A stretch of DNA of 64,000 bases from Isurus oxyrinchus (Eukaryota). Positions 51,201-63,632 of this stretch are shown here, piece by piece. The DNA lies in the NCBI GenBank assembly GCA_026770705.1, contig JANJGN010000021.1:30132001-30196000 (forward strand). Reading direction: 5' to 3'. Position 1 is the stretch's first letter, and every line of letters begins with the position of its first letter. The translations under genes and the position numbers were made by a program. The notes under the pieces are model-generated. The model did not search any database. It saw only the letters and a program-made list of their open reading frames with translations, and was not told the origin of the DNA.

Positions 51201-52054
51201 AGGAGGTTTGCCTGGATTTTTTAAACTTCAGTTGCAGTGAAGGAGTTCTCTCGTGGTGATCAGACTTTTACTCATATCCGCTGCGGTCACTGACCCTCTT
51301 TGGCAGCCATTCCCAAACATCGCAGCATTTTGAAATTAATCACTGGGAGTAATGATTAAGCACAGTTCACCGCTTTGCTCCCATTGCAGAATCGCTTTGA
51401 ACAGCCAGTGTTTTCTTTTGTTTGAATTGATACTATGCTGTTGCCATGTGAAATTGGTGCCAACCTCAGAACCAGGCTGCGGGCTGTGTTGAAGCCTGCG
51501 TTCATTAAAATGGAATTTCTCCCAGTGCTGCCTGCTTACTGCACCATTAATTTGAAGCTTTTAAACCTTTTTTCAAGCTTTGCTCGTCCTTCCTTGATCA
51601 TCGCCAGGTTCCCTGACTCTGCTGCTGGATCAGAATTTTTCATAGGCCACCAGGTACTCTGAACAGTTGATTCTCCACATCTTCTATGGTGGTTTTTCAA
51701 CTATCTTACTGAAGTCTTTAATTTTGGCGCCTGTTCTCTTGTCAGACTTGCAAACATGTTTAAAAGTTAATTTTTGGAGTTTTCAGGGCCCTTCACTGCT
51801 ACCACCATGTTAGATGTTGGTCGTCACTGGCTAAGGAATGATTCCAGAGATATAGATATGTCTCAACAGTAACTGATTTATTATAGGAACACAGCTATTT
51901 ACAAATGTACAAGACTATGGGTATCACTCAGTCTAAGCCATAAGCTTTCTCCTTCTAGACTCCTAGTCATGTGGCTCTCTCTTACATCATGTGGGTGGTA
52001 TTATTTCTCCAGTCCCACACATTAACCCTTTCAACCCTGAACCTTGATACCACA
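48275..52054 (-). mobile_element. Gypsy LTR retrotransposon remnant (5' LTR 51808-52054, PBS, decayed RT and RNase H), split by a CR1
   Basis: FSKLNANSGFWQVPL..TTFITPFGRFCFNHLPFGI (ORF 50249-50482); FLGMVNQLAK; RNase H AADASSTGLGA at about 48410-48450. LTR has TG...CA ends, followed by TGGTGGTAGCAG (iMet-like PBS, 51796-51807). Confidence 0.88.
48651..49927 (+). mobile_element. CR1 LINE, relatively young, 5'-truncated
   Basis: GFVKGRSCLTNLIEFFEEVT..DVIYMDFSKAFDKVPH; LYRTLVRPHLEYCMQFWSP; (ctttgtt)n tail. Confidence 0.95.
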
Positions 52055-52074
52055 CTCATTGACACACTGGTGAC

Positions 52075-52440
52075 TGGACCATCAGAGGTTTATGCCCCTA
52101 GCTCTGGAATTCCCTCCCTAAACCTCTCTGCCTCTCTAGTTCTTTAAGATGCTGCAGAAAGCCTACCTCTTTAACCAAGCTTTTGGTCACACATCCTAAT
52201 ATCTCCTTAACAAAAACAGAATTACCTGGAAAAACTCAGCAGGTCTGGCAGCATCGGCGGAGAAGAAAAGAGTTGACGTTTCGAGTCTTCATGACCCTTC
52301 GACAGTTAGCCAGACCTGCTGAGTTTTTCCAGGTAATTCTGTTTTTGTTTTGGATTTCCAGCATCCGCAGTTTTTTGTTTTTATCTCTAATATCTCCTTA
52401 TGTGGGTTGGTGCGTATATTTGTCTGATAGCATAGACTTA
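52075..52440 (+). mobile_element. L2-type 3' end, interrupted by the 52210-52386 insertion
   Basis: ctctggaattccctccctaaacctctc...aaagcctacctctttaaccaagcttttggtcac is the reverse complement of the ends of the other L2 copies. Confidence 0.7.
52210..52386. mobile_element. Young Penelope-type palindromic element with a hammerhead-like motif and 14-bp TSD
   Basis: Perfect 40-bp inverted arms 52210-52249 and 52309-52348; TSD ctaatatctcctta (52196-209 and 52387-400). Confidence 0.88.
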
Positions 52441-52742
52441 AATTAAGCTCAGCAAGGAAATATGGTCTTCCTATCCTGCGAGTGCAGGGTGGAGGGAGGG
52501 CAAAAACTATCATCTAGCTCACTTATGTTTCAGTTTTTCCTTCTGTTGAACACGCAGGCCCCAAGTGGAAAGAAAAAGATAGAAGTAAAGAAAGTAAAAT
52601 TAAGCCAGATATCACTTACACAGTCAATCTTAATTTGTGCAACTGCACCTTCTCAACATCTTATTTTGCAGCTGCGATTCAGCTAGGATATTAACCTTGG
52701 TTACACAGGAGACAACATTTAATTTAATATTTTGTCTCCCAG

Positions 52743-52877
52743 GATACCACACTCGCGATGTGGATTCCATGTCTGGTACTGTCTGGTGTGGAGGCTTTCC
52801 TGTCTATTAGATGTTTTTTTGTCTCGATGAACTTACTGGGAGGCAAGAAGCAGCAACTCAAAAATGATAGGAGACAG
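52743..52877 (+). CDS. TMEM54: TMEM54/KRTCAP3 exon 5
   Basis: cccag|DTTLAMWIPCLVLSGVEAFLSIRCFFVSMNLLGGKKQQLKNDRRQ|gtagga; compare KRTCAP3 DTALALWIPSLLMSAGEA. This exon is not in the supplied ORF track. Confidence 0.9.
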
Positions 52878-53529
52878 GTAGGAGAGTCAAACAGTAAGCC
52901 TTTCCAGTCTCACTCATTTGGAGTGAGCCTCACTTGATTTGGAAAGCAGCTGTGTACATTTCAATATTTTGATTGTTGTGAATCAAAACTCCTGCTCCTT
53001 CCCTGGTGTTGATAGTTCTTGGTTGTTAAAAGGTTAGCCCTTGTTAACATAGTATAGGGTTCTAAAAAAATTATGTAGAACTAAATGTTTTAATTTGGTT
53101 AGATCACCATTATCTCAGCGTGAATTAACATAAAATTGTTTAGTACTAAATTAAGTTAATTGTTCAAAATAAATGAGACAGCACAGTCCTCCATCTTCAG
53201 ATGGGTGTGTCTGCTTTGACCTTTTTCTGTCACGTCCTACTTGGAGTTCTAACATGTGAGTCAACTGAAATAAAATGCCTTCTCTATAATATACTTAATA
53301 AAATGATTCTAAAGATGGCTAACGTTGAGTTAAAGGAATCTTCAATTAAATAAGACCAAAAAAATTAATGTATTAAACATTCATAAATAAAGCCATAAAT
53401 AAGAATCTAAGCTATATCTGCAACCATATATCCTATGGGGAAGGAAACTCCTCCCAGTTTATCTTTTGTATTTTATCTATTTTTTTAATGTATTTCCAAT
53501 TTTGCTCTTTTTTTCTTTTCACTTCGTTC

Positions 53530-54575
53530 CCTTTTACTTTTCCAAGATCCTCATGCACTGTCATGCCTCTTTTCACTTCTCACACTCAGGTACTCTAGCC
53601 CTTCCAATTCCCAACTCCAACCCTTCAGTACTCCACAACTTTCCTGCTGCCATCTCAGGCTTGACTCCATTAGATAAGTTGATACAGCATCCCTCTGTGC
53701 CTCTCTTGGCATCTTCCATGGAGTTCATCGAAGCAATCGGCGCTGGCTCATTACGAGCAGCAGCCCCAATTGCCCTATCCCACTCTTCGTCGACCGATCC
53801 ACCCAGCCCACCCACTGCAAGCTAACCTTGTTAATCTTCCTGTCCAACTCACCTCTCCCACTGCTGACCCTGTGGACTCTGCCAGAGGACCAGCTCTCAC
53901 CACACTTCCAACCATCTCTGTCCAGAATGCCTGTTCATTGGTGAACATGGCCCTTGCCACCATGAACTCTTATTGTAGATGATTGCATTGACATAATGGC
54001 CTTAGCAGAAACCCAGCTGAAGGATGATGACACCTTCCCCCTAACTGAAGTCCATTCACCTGGCTACATCTTCCACTACTTGTGCCTTCAAGACCATCAC
54101 AGTAGTGGTGTGATGCTTATCACTAGATCACACCTTTCCTGACCCTCTACTCCTCTGGCACTTCCTCCTCCTTTGAGCATCTCACCCTGTTCCATCCCTC
54201 TTACCTCTCTTTCAGAATCATAGTTTTGTTCTGCCTTCCCAAATATGATTAAACATTTCTCACCGAGTAATCTTGATTGAAGTGGGTGATCAGCCAGGAT
54301 TATATTGAATGGCGGAGCAGGTTCGATGGGCTGAATGGCCTATGCCTGCTCCAATGTTTTTATTTCTTTCCACCCCAGCCTCTGCACTAAGCAACTTCTC
54401 ATACTTGGTGATTTCAACCTCCATCTCAACTCATCATGTTCTCTCTCCTCTGAGTTCACTGCCCTCTTATCCTCCCTAAATCCCTCCCTCTATGTAAACT
54501 CCCCATCACATATTCATGGCCTTTCCCTTGACCTTGTCATCTCATCTGGTCATGCTAATGCTATTATATCAACTA
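53530..54575 (+). mobile_element. L2-type LINE 5' ORF2 (APE) remnant
   Basis: ISVQNACSLVN; IMALAETQLK; LLILGDFNLHLN..SPSHIHGLSLDLVISSG. A small CR1 3' fragment is nested at about 54280-54360. Confidence 0.8.
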
Positions 54576-55669
54576 CAGATAATAATTCGGGCCCCAACCC
54601 AATACCTGGACACAGAGTCTAGGCTGACATTCCAATGAAGTACAGAGGAAGCTCTGCATCATTGGAGGTAGTGCTATTCGGATGAGAACTGTTCTTTGAT
54701 TAGTGCCTGTCAGAGTCGCAAGAACAGCAATTTGATACTTACTATAATTCTGCACTTCAAGCAAAAAATAATTTCTCCTGAAGGTATTTTAAGTGTGAAA
54801 ATTAAAACAGTTTAAAAATCTTCAGTACAATTTAAAAGGTTTCTTTCTTTGGAGAGGTAACCTCAGATGCATCATGTTAATGTGGTAATTGAAATCATTT
54901 ATAACACTCAAAAATTCAAAATGTCTATGCAATCTATAACCATAAGAGAAAGCTGTCTCTGCTGTTCCTGTCCCAGTGCTTCTAGGAGGCAATGGCATGA
55001 TTATCTGGATTGAGAATACTCTGGTTTATTTGTTTAATAAATAAATATTTTTTTATTTTTAATAATAAAAATTTCTTGTTTGAAAAAAATGTTATAAATA
55101 CATGGTAATAAAGTGACCACATATAAACTTGTTAAAAGCAGTTTTCAAATTCAAGAAGCAATCAGGTACTAAACAGAGCACAAATAGGCTCACTGTCTCC
55201 TTTACATATCAGTATCCTAAAAACAACTTCCACTCCCTATTTTGTTTTCAGGCTCTGGCAATCCCACAAATGCAGTGACAGAAATATTCAAATAAAGCCA
55301 ATTTGTTCATTCACACCAGGCGGCACCTTAACCTCAAAAAGGAGTGTCACTAATCTTAATGAAAATAAACCTTCACAAGACATGGCTGGGTATGCATCAG
55401 TAAGTCCCTCTAAGCAAAATGAAATTTTAAATTACATTTTAGCATATTGTATGTACAATATAAATTAGTATTAATATTTAATTCAATTAATTTTATATAA
55501 TATAAAGCAAATATCTTATTGAAGAAAGTGGGAAACCCTTCCAGATGTATAATCATTCCCAGTTTTGCATCTTACTCAAGTTACTGTGTTGGGCTTAACC
55601 TATGAGTTCCTTGCAGATAACTTGTCATGAATCACTTCTTACTGGACTTGTCTTTTTGGTCTCTCTTAG

Positions 55670-55756
55670 GCCAGACAAAAAACTTTAGAAGAAATTCAGG
55701 AAGCGGATGAAGACAGTGAACTTCTGGAAGAAACTACAGTGAGATTCTGGGTGTGA
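55670..55756 (+). CDS. TMEM54: TMEM54/KRTCAP3 last coding exon
   Basis: ctctcttag|ARQKTLEEIQEADEDSELLEETTVRFWV-TGA, phase 0. The spliced total is 222-223 aa, consistent with family length. Confidence 0.75.
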   Translation, partial: ARQKTLEEIQEADEDSELLEETTVRFWV

Positions 55757-56113
55757 CTACAATCTACCCGATTGACTGATAAAACAGCTGTGATAAGATA
55801 AAGCATACATTCCTGAAGTATAGGTCGAACATAGGACAGCTGGGATTTTCAAACACTAATATATTCTCTAAAATTCATTCTATGCCTGCCTCAACAAGCA
55901 CAATTGTAAAGATTTCACAGGAATGTGGATATTTTTAAATCTCATATTTGTTCTTGATATATTCAGTTTTAATCTATACATTATTTTCCATCAAATATGA
56001 AACACTTTAATGCAGCAAATTGTTGTGATGTGGATTGCACTGCCTGAAAGGGTGGTAAGCAGATTCCACAGTAGCTTCCAAAAGAGAATTGGATAAAGAC
56101 TTGAAAAACAAAA

Positions 56114-56983
56114 TGCATGAAAATATAATAATTTTAATATTATTGTAATTTATTGTAAAGGTAGGTTAATGATGGGATTTGGATTGTGTGTGTGTGTGTG
56201 TGTGTGATTTAATTGAATTGGAGACAGTTGGTCTGGGGCTTTGATGTATCAAAAAGAAACGAGGTTTGAAATGCTAAATACTTAAACATGGCTGCAGTTT
56301 TAGAATGTGAGGTGTGGGGAAAATTTGTGTTTTTAGATAAACCAGAATGGCATTTCGAAGAGATACAATAATAGCCAGTAGAAGCCAAGCCAGTGTGTTT
56401 AATTTTCCCAAAAGCTACTTATAAAATTAGTACTATGAAAAGATTTATGAGAAAAATAAAGTTGCAAAAACATATAGGAACAATGGAATTTGCATTAAAA
56501 GGGAGAAACATGTATAAAGAAGATGAGATTATGGGCAAGGGGGAGAAGGAATTCTAAGATCTAACACAAGTATGAAAAGCCTCCAGCCTCTCTGCATCAA
56601 GTTGCCGTCTATAGGAACCGAAGCTGAGAAAACTCACTTTGAGTATCATTGTCTAGGGTATTGTGTTAATTTGTCTGGGTCTGTTTAAATCTATTTGTTT
56701 TTATTGTTGCTTTAAAGGAGGTGTAACTAGAAGCCAGATTATTTAGGAGTTATTATAGTAGTAATTTGTAGACTTATGTATGTGCTTAAAATCTTTACTT
56801 TTGTTAATAAATGTTTTATATAGTTTTCTAAAGCCTCTGAGGTCGTGGTATTCTTATCACTTCTGAATTCAGGGCACACAACTCAAAAATAAAATACAAA
56901 CTGCAAAACAGCTGTGGCAGCAGTTGCACATTTCCCTCTGGAATTTGAGCAGCTCGGCATTTATCATCCGCTGTACCATAACA
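56114..56983 (+). mobile_element. Solo LTR (same family as 2531 and 37153)
   Basis: tg(t)catga...cataaca termini; tattgtaatttattgtaaaggtaggttaat matches the reverse complement of about 3350-3380. Confidence 0.7.
56186..56206. repeat. (TG)n microsatellite
   Basis: About 10 TG units inside the LTR. Confidence 0.9.
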
Positions 56984-57389
56984 CTGGCATAAACATTATT
57001 GGTTGAACTACCTCTTTCTTTGTTGTATGATTTGATTATCCAGAAAAATGGATTTTGCAGAGCCCAACAGATTGCAAAGCTGATGTGGATTGTCTTTTAC
57101 TGCAGCAAAGTTTACAATCAGTGCATTGGAATTGATTCCAAACAAATGCTGAAGCAAAGCCTTTGTACAGTAATGTTAAACAACTCACTATTTTGTGGTA
57201 CAAACAGTTAAAAGGGTGAGTCACCATTCATGAAGGGGCAGGACTGCACATGGCAATAACGTCACTTGCAAATGATATAAGGTTCGTCAGTAAATTTGGA
57301 AACTAAATTATTCAATTTCCATTTTTCACTTGGTATTCTTAATTGGTTGTTTTGTAGAATGCATTCTGTGATTCTGTCTGCTTTTGTGT

Positions 57390-58195
57390 GAAACACAAAA
57401 GCAGGTCAAATCCAATACGGTCAATTACCGCCCCATCAAGTCTACTTCGATTATCAGCAAAGTGATGGAAGATGTCATCGACTGTGCAATCAAGCGTCAC
57501 ATACACAGCAATAACCTGCTCACTGTTGCTCAGTTTGAGTTCCGCAGGGCCACTTCAGCCCCTGACCGCAATAAAACCTTGGTCCAAACTTGGACAAAAG
57601 AGCTGAACTTGAGTTGAGGTGAGAGTGACTACCCTTGACATCAAGGCAGCATTTGACTTGAATGTAGCATCAAGGAACCCTAGCAAAGTAAAGTCAATGG
57701 GAATCAGGGGAAACTCTCCACAGGTTGGAGCCATATCTATCACAAAGGAAGATGGTTGTGGTTGTTGCTGTTCAATCATCTCAATCCCAGGACATTGCAG
57801 CAGAAATTCCTCAGGGTAGTATCCTAGGTCCACCACCTTCAGCTGTTTCATCAATGACTGTCCTTCCATCATTAGGTCAGAAGTGGGAGGTTCACTGATA
57901 TTTTAAAATGTTCAGCACCATTCACGATTCCTCAGATACTGAAGCATTCCGTGTCCTTATGCAGCTGGATCTGGATGACATTCAGGCTTGGGTTGATGAG
58001 TGCCACACAAGTGACAGGAAATGACCACCTCCAACAAGAGAAAATCTAAACATCTCCCCGTGACAATCAATGGCATTACCATTGGTCAATCCCCCACCAC
58101 CAACATCCTGGAAGTTACCATTGACCAGAAACTGAACTGGACAAGACATATAAATACTGTGGCTATAACAGCAGGTCAAAGACTGGGAATTCTAT
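57390..58195 (+). mobile_element. LINE family B RT fragment
   Basis: KSNTVNYRPIKSTSIISKVMED..AQFEFR; RVTTLDIKAAFD; ILEVTIDQKLNWTRHINTV. Confidence 0.9.
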
Positions 58196-59184
58196 ATAGA
58201 CCAGGAAGCCAGAAGTCTGATCATTTCTTGGTGCCAAGTTATCTGGAAGCAGCCTAGTGGCAATAAGACTACTGCAATTGACTTAGTACCCCTCAATTAA
58301 GGAAGAGAAAATCAGACAAGCCTCCAATCCCTGATTGCATCCAGCCAGTCCCTGCAGGAACTCAATGGGTGGACATGGTTGGAGAATTAGATCTGGTTAC
58401 AATTCCCCGCCTCTGTGGTCAAATAGCCTGACAACCACTCCCTGATGAGACTCATGGCCTCATTGGCAGGACATCGGAGGGTGATCAGTGGCTGTGAAAC
58501 AATACCCCAACAAAAGGTAAGCAGAGAAAAAGTGAGAAAAGGGAAGAAAATGAACAGGGATGTAACTCATACGACAACGGAGGTGGTGAATATGAGTACT
58601 AGAGTCAAGGAACACAGGTAAATACACCAGTGCTACAAAATGAGAAAATTAGTAGTCTACGTCTGACCTGAAAAATGTTTACCTATTCTTTGTTGATCAT
58701 TACTTGACATTTATTGTCAGATACCTTGAGCTGCCTTCAACTTTATTTATAAGCAGGTTGATGAAAATTACATCCTAGTTCCTCTGATGGCATAGTGGAT
58801 AAATGAACTACTTGACATGGCAATGGTTTTCAATATCATTGCGTCCTTGGAGGATAAAGTGAAGCAGTGGGAGGATTTGTAGGCTGATTAACAGTCTGAC
58901 AGGCTGCATCGATGCTGCTTGCCTGGCTGTAACCATTTTTGTGCAAACCAGTAAGATGACTTGTCTGAAGGTGGGCTTCATGGACTCCCACATGTCACAT
59001 GGTAGGGGAAGGGTTGGGGTGGTGGTATGGGAGGGGATGGGCATCCACACCCACCAAAAATGAATATCCCTACAGCGGTCAACCCGCAATACAGAAATAA
59101 AAGGTTTCCACTCTGGAGCATTGTTCCAACCCTCTACCTTCTGACTCAGCAGTGGGAAGACTGCCATGAAGCCAACTACATTGA

Positions 59185-62100
59185 AATTAAATGGAAATGA
59201 CATAGGTAGAAAGAGGGATGAGGTCTTGCATTAAGAATTCAGGGAGTTAGGCAGTAGACTAAAAAGCAAGACCTCTTGGGTTGTATCCTCCGGATTACTC
59301 CCAGTGCCACATGCTAGCAAGTTCAGAAATAGGGGAATAGTGCAGATGAATGCATGGCTTCAGAGTTGGTGCAGGAGGGAGGGTTTTAGACTCTTAGATC
59401 ACTGGGACCATTTCTGGGGAAGGTAGGACCTGCACAAGCGGGACGGTCTCCTTCTGAAGGAGAGCAGGACTAACATCCTTGCGGGCAGGTTTGCTAGTGC
59501 TGTTGGGAGGAGTTTAAACTAATTCAACAGGGGGAGGGGACACAGAATGTTAGCAGAATAGGGACACATCATAATACAGTAAAACAATCAAGTCAGAGGG
59601 AGTACAACTGCATTAAGTTTCAAGGGAATAAGGCAAGGCTGGATGGCCTCTACTTTAATGCCAGGAGTGTTACAGATAAAACGGATGAGTTAAGGGTGAG
59701 AATTGACACACGGAATTGTGATTTAGTAGCCATTACTGAAACGTGGTTGAGGGAGGGGCAGGATTGGCAGCTCAACATTCCAGGATATAGAACCTTCAGG
59801 GGAGGGAGTAAAAGAGGATGAGGCATTGCATTATTAGTTAAGGAATCCGTTACTGCAGTAAGGGGAGATGATATCTTGGAGGGGGCATCGAATGAAACTT
59901 TGTGGGTAGAGCTTAGGAATAAAAAAGGGGCAGCCACATTGTTAGGTGTTTATTATAGACCCCCAGATAGTCAATGGGAAATTGAGGAGCAAATATGTGC
60001 ACAATTTGCAGAGACGTATAAAAACAATAACAATAGGGTAATTATATTAGGTGATTTCAACTTTCCCAACATTAATTGGGATAGACATAGGGTTAAGGGC
60101 TTGGATGATGTACATTTCTTGAAATGTGTACAGGAGAACTTTTTAGGTCAATATGTAGAGGGTCCAACAAGGGACGGCGCAGTGCTGGACCTAATTCTGG
60201 GGAATGAAGCCAGGCAGGTGGCTGAGGTGGTGGTGGGGAGCATTTTAGTGACATGACCACAACATGGTACAGTTTAAGTTTGTTATGGACAAAGAAATTG
60301 ACAAGTTGCAAAAAATTGTTTTGGATTGGGGGAGGGTAGATTTTAGTAAAATAAGGCAGGATCTGGCCAAGGTAGACTGGGAACAGCTACTTGTGAGGAA
60401 ATCTACAGTGGGGAGGGGGAGGGTACAGGCTCAACATGTTCCCTCTAGGGTGATAAGAAGGAGTAACAAGCCCAGAGAACCATGGATGACCAGGGATATT
60501 CAGGTTACGATGAGAAGGAAAAGAGAGGCTTTTAGCAGGTACAAGGGAAGCAAATCAGCAGAGGCATTAGTGGAATACAGAAGGTGCAGGGCTGAGCTTA
60601 AGAAAATAATTAAGACAGCAAAGAGGGGATATGAGAAAGCTCTGTCTGGTAAAAGTAGGGAAAATCCCAAGATATTCTATAAGTATATCAATGGGAAGAG
60701 GATAACCAGGGAAAGAGTAGGGCCCATTAGGGACCAAGGGGGCAATCTATGGGTGGAGCCAGAGGACATCGGTAGTGTTGAACGAATACTTCACATCTGT
60801 CTTCACCCAAGAGAATGAGGATGAAGGTATCGAACTCGGGGAGAGAGACTGCGAGATTCTTGAGCAAATTGATATAAGTAGTAACAAGGTATTGGAGGTG
60901 TTGGCAGGCTTAAAAGTGGACAACTCCCCCGGATGATTTGTGTTCCAGACTGCTGAGGGAGGCAATGGAGGAGATCGCAGGGGCTCTGACACAAATTTTT
61001 AATTCCTCTCTGGCCACAGGGGAGGTGCCAGAGGACTGGAGAACAGCTAATGTGGTTCCGCTATTTAAGAAGTGTTGTAGAGATAAGCCAGAGAATTACA
61101 GGCCGGCGAGTCTCACGTCAGTGGTAGGGAAACTATTGAAGAAAATTCTGAAGGAGAGAATCTATCTCCACTTGGAGAGGCAAGGTTTGATCAGGGATAG
61201 TCAGCATAGCTTTGTCAGAGGGAGGTCATGGCTAACGAATTTGACTGAATTTTTTGAGGAGGTGACCAGGTGTGTAGGTGAGGGTAGTACAGTCGACGTA
61301 GTTTATATGGATTTCAGCAAAGCCTTTGACAAGGTCCCACATAGGAGACTTATAAAGAAGGCAAAGGCATGTGGGATACAGAGTAATTTGATAAGGTAGA
61401 TTCAAAATTAGCTTAGTTATAGGAGACAGAGGGTGATGACACAAGGATGCTTTAGTGACTAGAAACCAGTGTCCAGTGGCGTACCACAGGGATCTGTGCT
61501 CAGTCCCCTATTATTTGTCATTTATATAAATGACATAGATGACTATATTGGGGGCAGGATTAGTAAGTTTGCGGATGACACAAAGATTGGCAGGGTGGTT
61601 ACAGTGAGGTTGAGTGTCTTGTGCTATAGGAAGATATAGACGGGATGGTCAAATGGGCAGATAAGTGGCAGATGGAAATTAACCCTGAAAAGTGTGAGGT
61701 GATGCACTTTGGAAGGAGTAATTTGACAAGAAAGTATTCAATGAATGGCATGACACTAGGATTTTCTGAGGAACAAAGGGACCTTGGCGTGTGTGTCCAT
61801 AGATCTCTGAAGGCGGAGGGCATGTTAGTGGGGTGGTGAAAAAGGCACATGGGATACTTGCCTTTATCAATCGAGGCATAGATTACAAAAGTAGGGAGGT
61901 CATATTCGAGTTGTATAGAACCTTGGTGAGGCCACAGCTGGAGTACTGTATGCAGTTCTGGTCGCCACATTATAGGAAGGCTGTGATTGCACTGGAGGGG
62001 GTGCAGAGGAGATTCACCAGGATGTTGCCTGGGATGAAACATTTAAGTTATGAAGAGAGGTTGGTTAGACTTGGGTTGTTTTTGTTGGAGCAGAGAAGAC

Positions 62101-62484
62101 TGAGGGACGACCTGATTGAGGTGTACAAGATTATGAGGGGCATGGACAGGGTGGATAGGGAGTAGCTGTTTCCCTTAGTTGAAGGGTCAGTCACGAGGGG
62201 ACATAATTTCAAGGTGAGGGGCAGGAGGTTTAGGGGGAGTGTGAGGAAAAACTTTTTTACCCAGAGGGTGGTGACGGTCTGGAATGAGCTGCCTGGGAGG
62301 GTGGTGGAGGCGGGTTGCCTCACATCCTTTAAAAAGTACCTGGATGAGCACTTGGCACGTCATAACATTCAAGGCTATGGGCCAAGTGCTGGTAAATGGG
62401 ATTAGGTAGGTAGGTCAGGCGTTTCTCACGTGTCGGTGCAGGCTCGATGGGCCAAAGGGTCTCTTCTGCACTGTGATTCTGTGA
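59185..62484 (+). mobile_element. Near full-length CR1 LINE: ORF1 esterase C-terminus plus complete but mutated ORF2 (APE-RT)
   Basis: ORF1 SGNH-type GNDIGRKR..VVSSGLLPVP..NAWLQSWCRREGF..RDG ends at ~59523. ORF2 has YFNARS..AITETWL, LLGVYYRPP, ILGDFNFPNINW, DFSKAFDKVPH, KFADDTKIG; tail ctgtgattctgtga. Confidence 0.95.
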
Positions 62485-63444
62485 AATAAAAAGCATGAAA
62501 TATACATTCTTACACAAAATCAAAATCAACCCCACTGTGTACTCCTGTTTTCAGAAGGTTTTCAGAAAGCAAGTTTCCAGTTGCAAAAAGGCTGCTGTTT
62601 TAGCTGTTATTTGTAATCGCTTAATTTACTCAAGTAATTTGCAGGAACCAGGCTATTTGGGCAGCAAATTGGACATAATTCACAACTCACGTGCCAACAC
62701 ATGATTTGGAAGTGCAGTAATCTAAACAATCCAACCAGATAGTAGACTAAATTACTTAAATAAATCAGTTTAACAGGCAAAGATGAATCGCTTGGGGTTT
62801 GAAACCCAAGTCTTTTCTGTAATTTTCTTCAGCAGAAACAGTAAACACCTTTAATCATAAATCACACTTCAGAGTGATCAGCTAATCATTGAATTGGCAT
62901 TTTTTGAAAAAAGCAAAGCATAGACTGTATCAACACCCACATAATACTCGTCTAAACTTGCTTTATTACCAAATATACAAACCTCAGTCTGAAAATTCCT
63001 GGTCAAAACAAAATTACAAGATATAATCCATTTAAATGGGTTCATGCCTTCATTAAATAAAGGAAAGAATTTTATGTAAAATGTTAATTGGTCAATTCCG
63101 ATGTTTCACAGTTCAGGTTCTGTTATATATTAGAAGGTACTAGTAAAGAGGCAGACACCAATTCGGCCAGATAATGGCCCATAACTTCTGATCTCTGGGG
63201 CATCGCACCCGGGGGATTATCCCATAGATGCACAGAGCTTCCACCCCCTGCTGCCCTGGAGGTCTGCACATAAGGATTGCGTGGCAATCCCCCCTGCCTG
63301 GGAAGTTGGGAAATACTGGGAACCATCTGATGCTCTGATTTAAATCTTCGGATGGCTCTGACTGTCTTACAGGAATAATTACCCAGGAAAAGTTAGAAGA
63401 ATTAAAACCACTTCTAATTCCTGGGTAACTACAGTATTGATGAC

Positions 63445-63632
63445 ACTCCCCCACCCCCTGAGTACCCCCCCGGGGGCCCCCGTCTACCCCCACCACCTCC
63501 CCGACTACCCCAACTACACCCGACTGCTTTCCCAGAACTCCAACTACCTCTGTATCACCCCGCCCCTCCGCCAACTACCCCCCAGCCCTCAACTACCCTC
63601 CCACCCCTGACTAACCCCCACCTCCCCATCCC
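63445..63632. repeat. C-rich degenerate minisatellite ((c/a)actacccc-like units)
   Basis: Repeated ctacccc/ctacacc/ctacctc units; G-rich on the minus strand. Confidence 0.7.

Noticed and set aside
52878-52893. Alternative donor (aca|gtaagc at 52894) for exon 5
   Set aside because: It would shift the frame of the last exon; the CAG|gtagga donor keeps the frame.
58440-58465. CTGATGA as another hammerhead core
   Set aside because: No properly placed GAAA or stems follow it.
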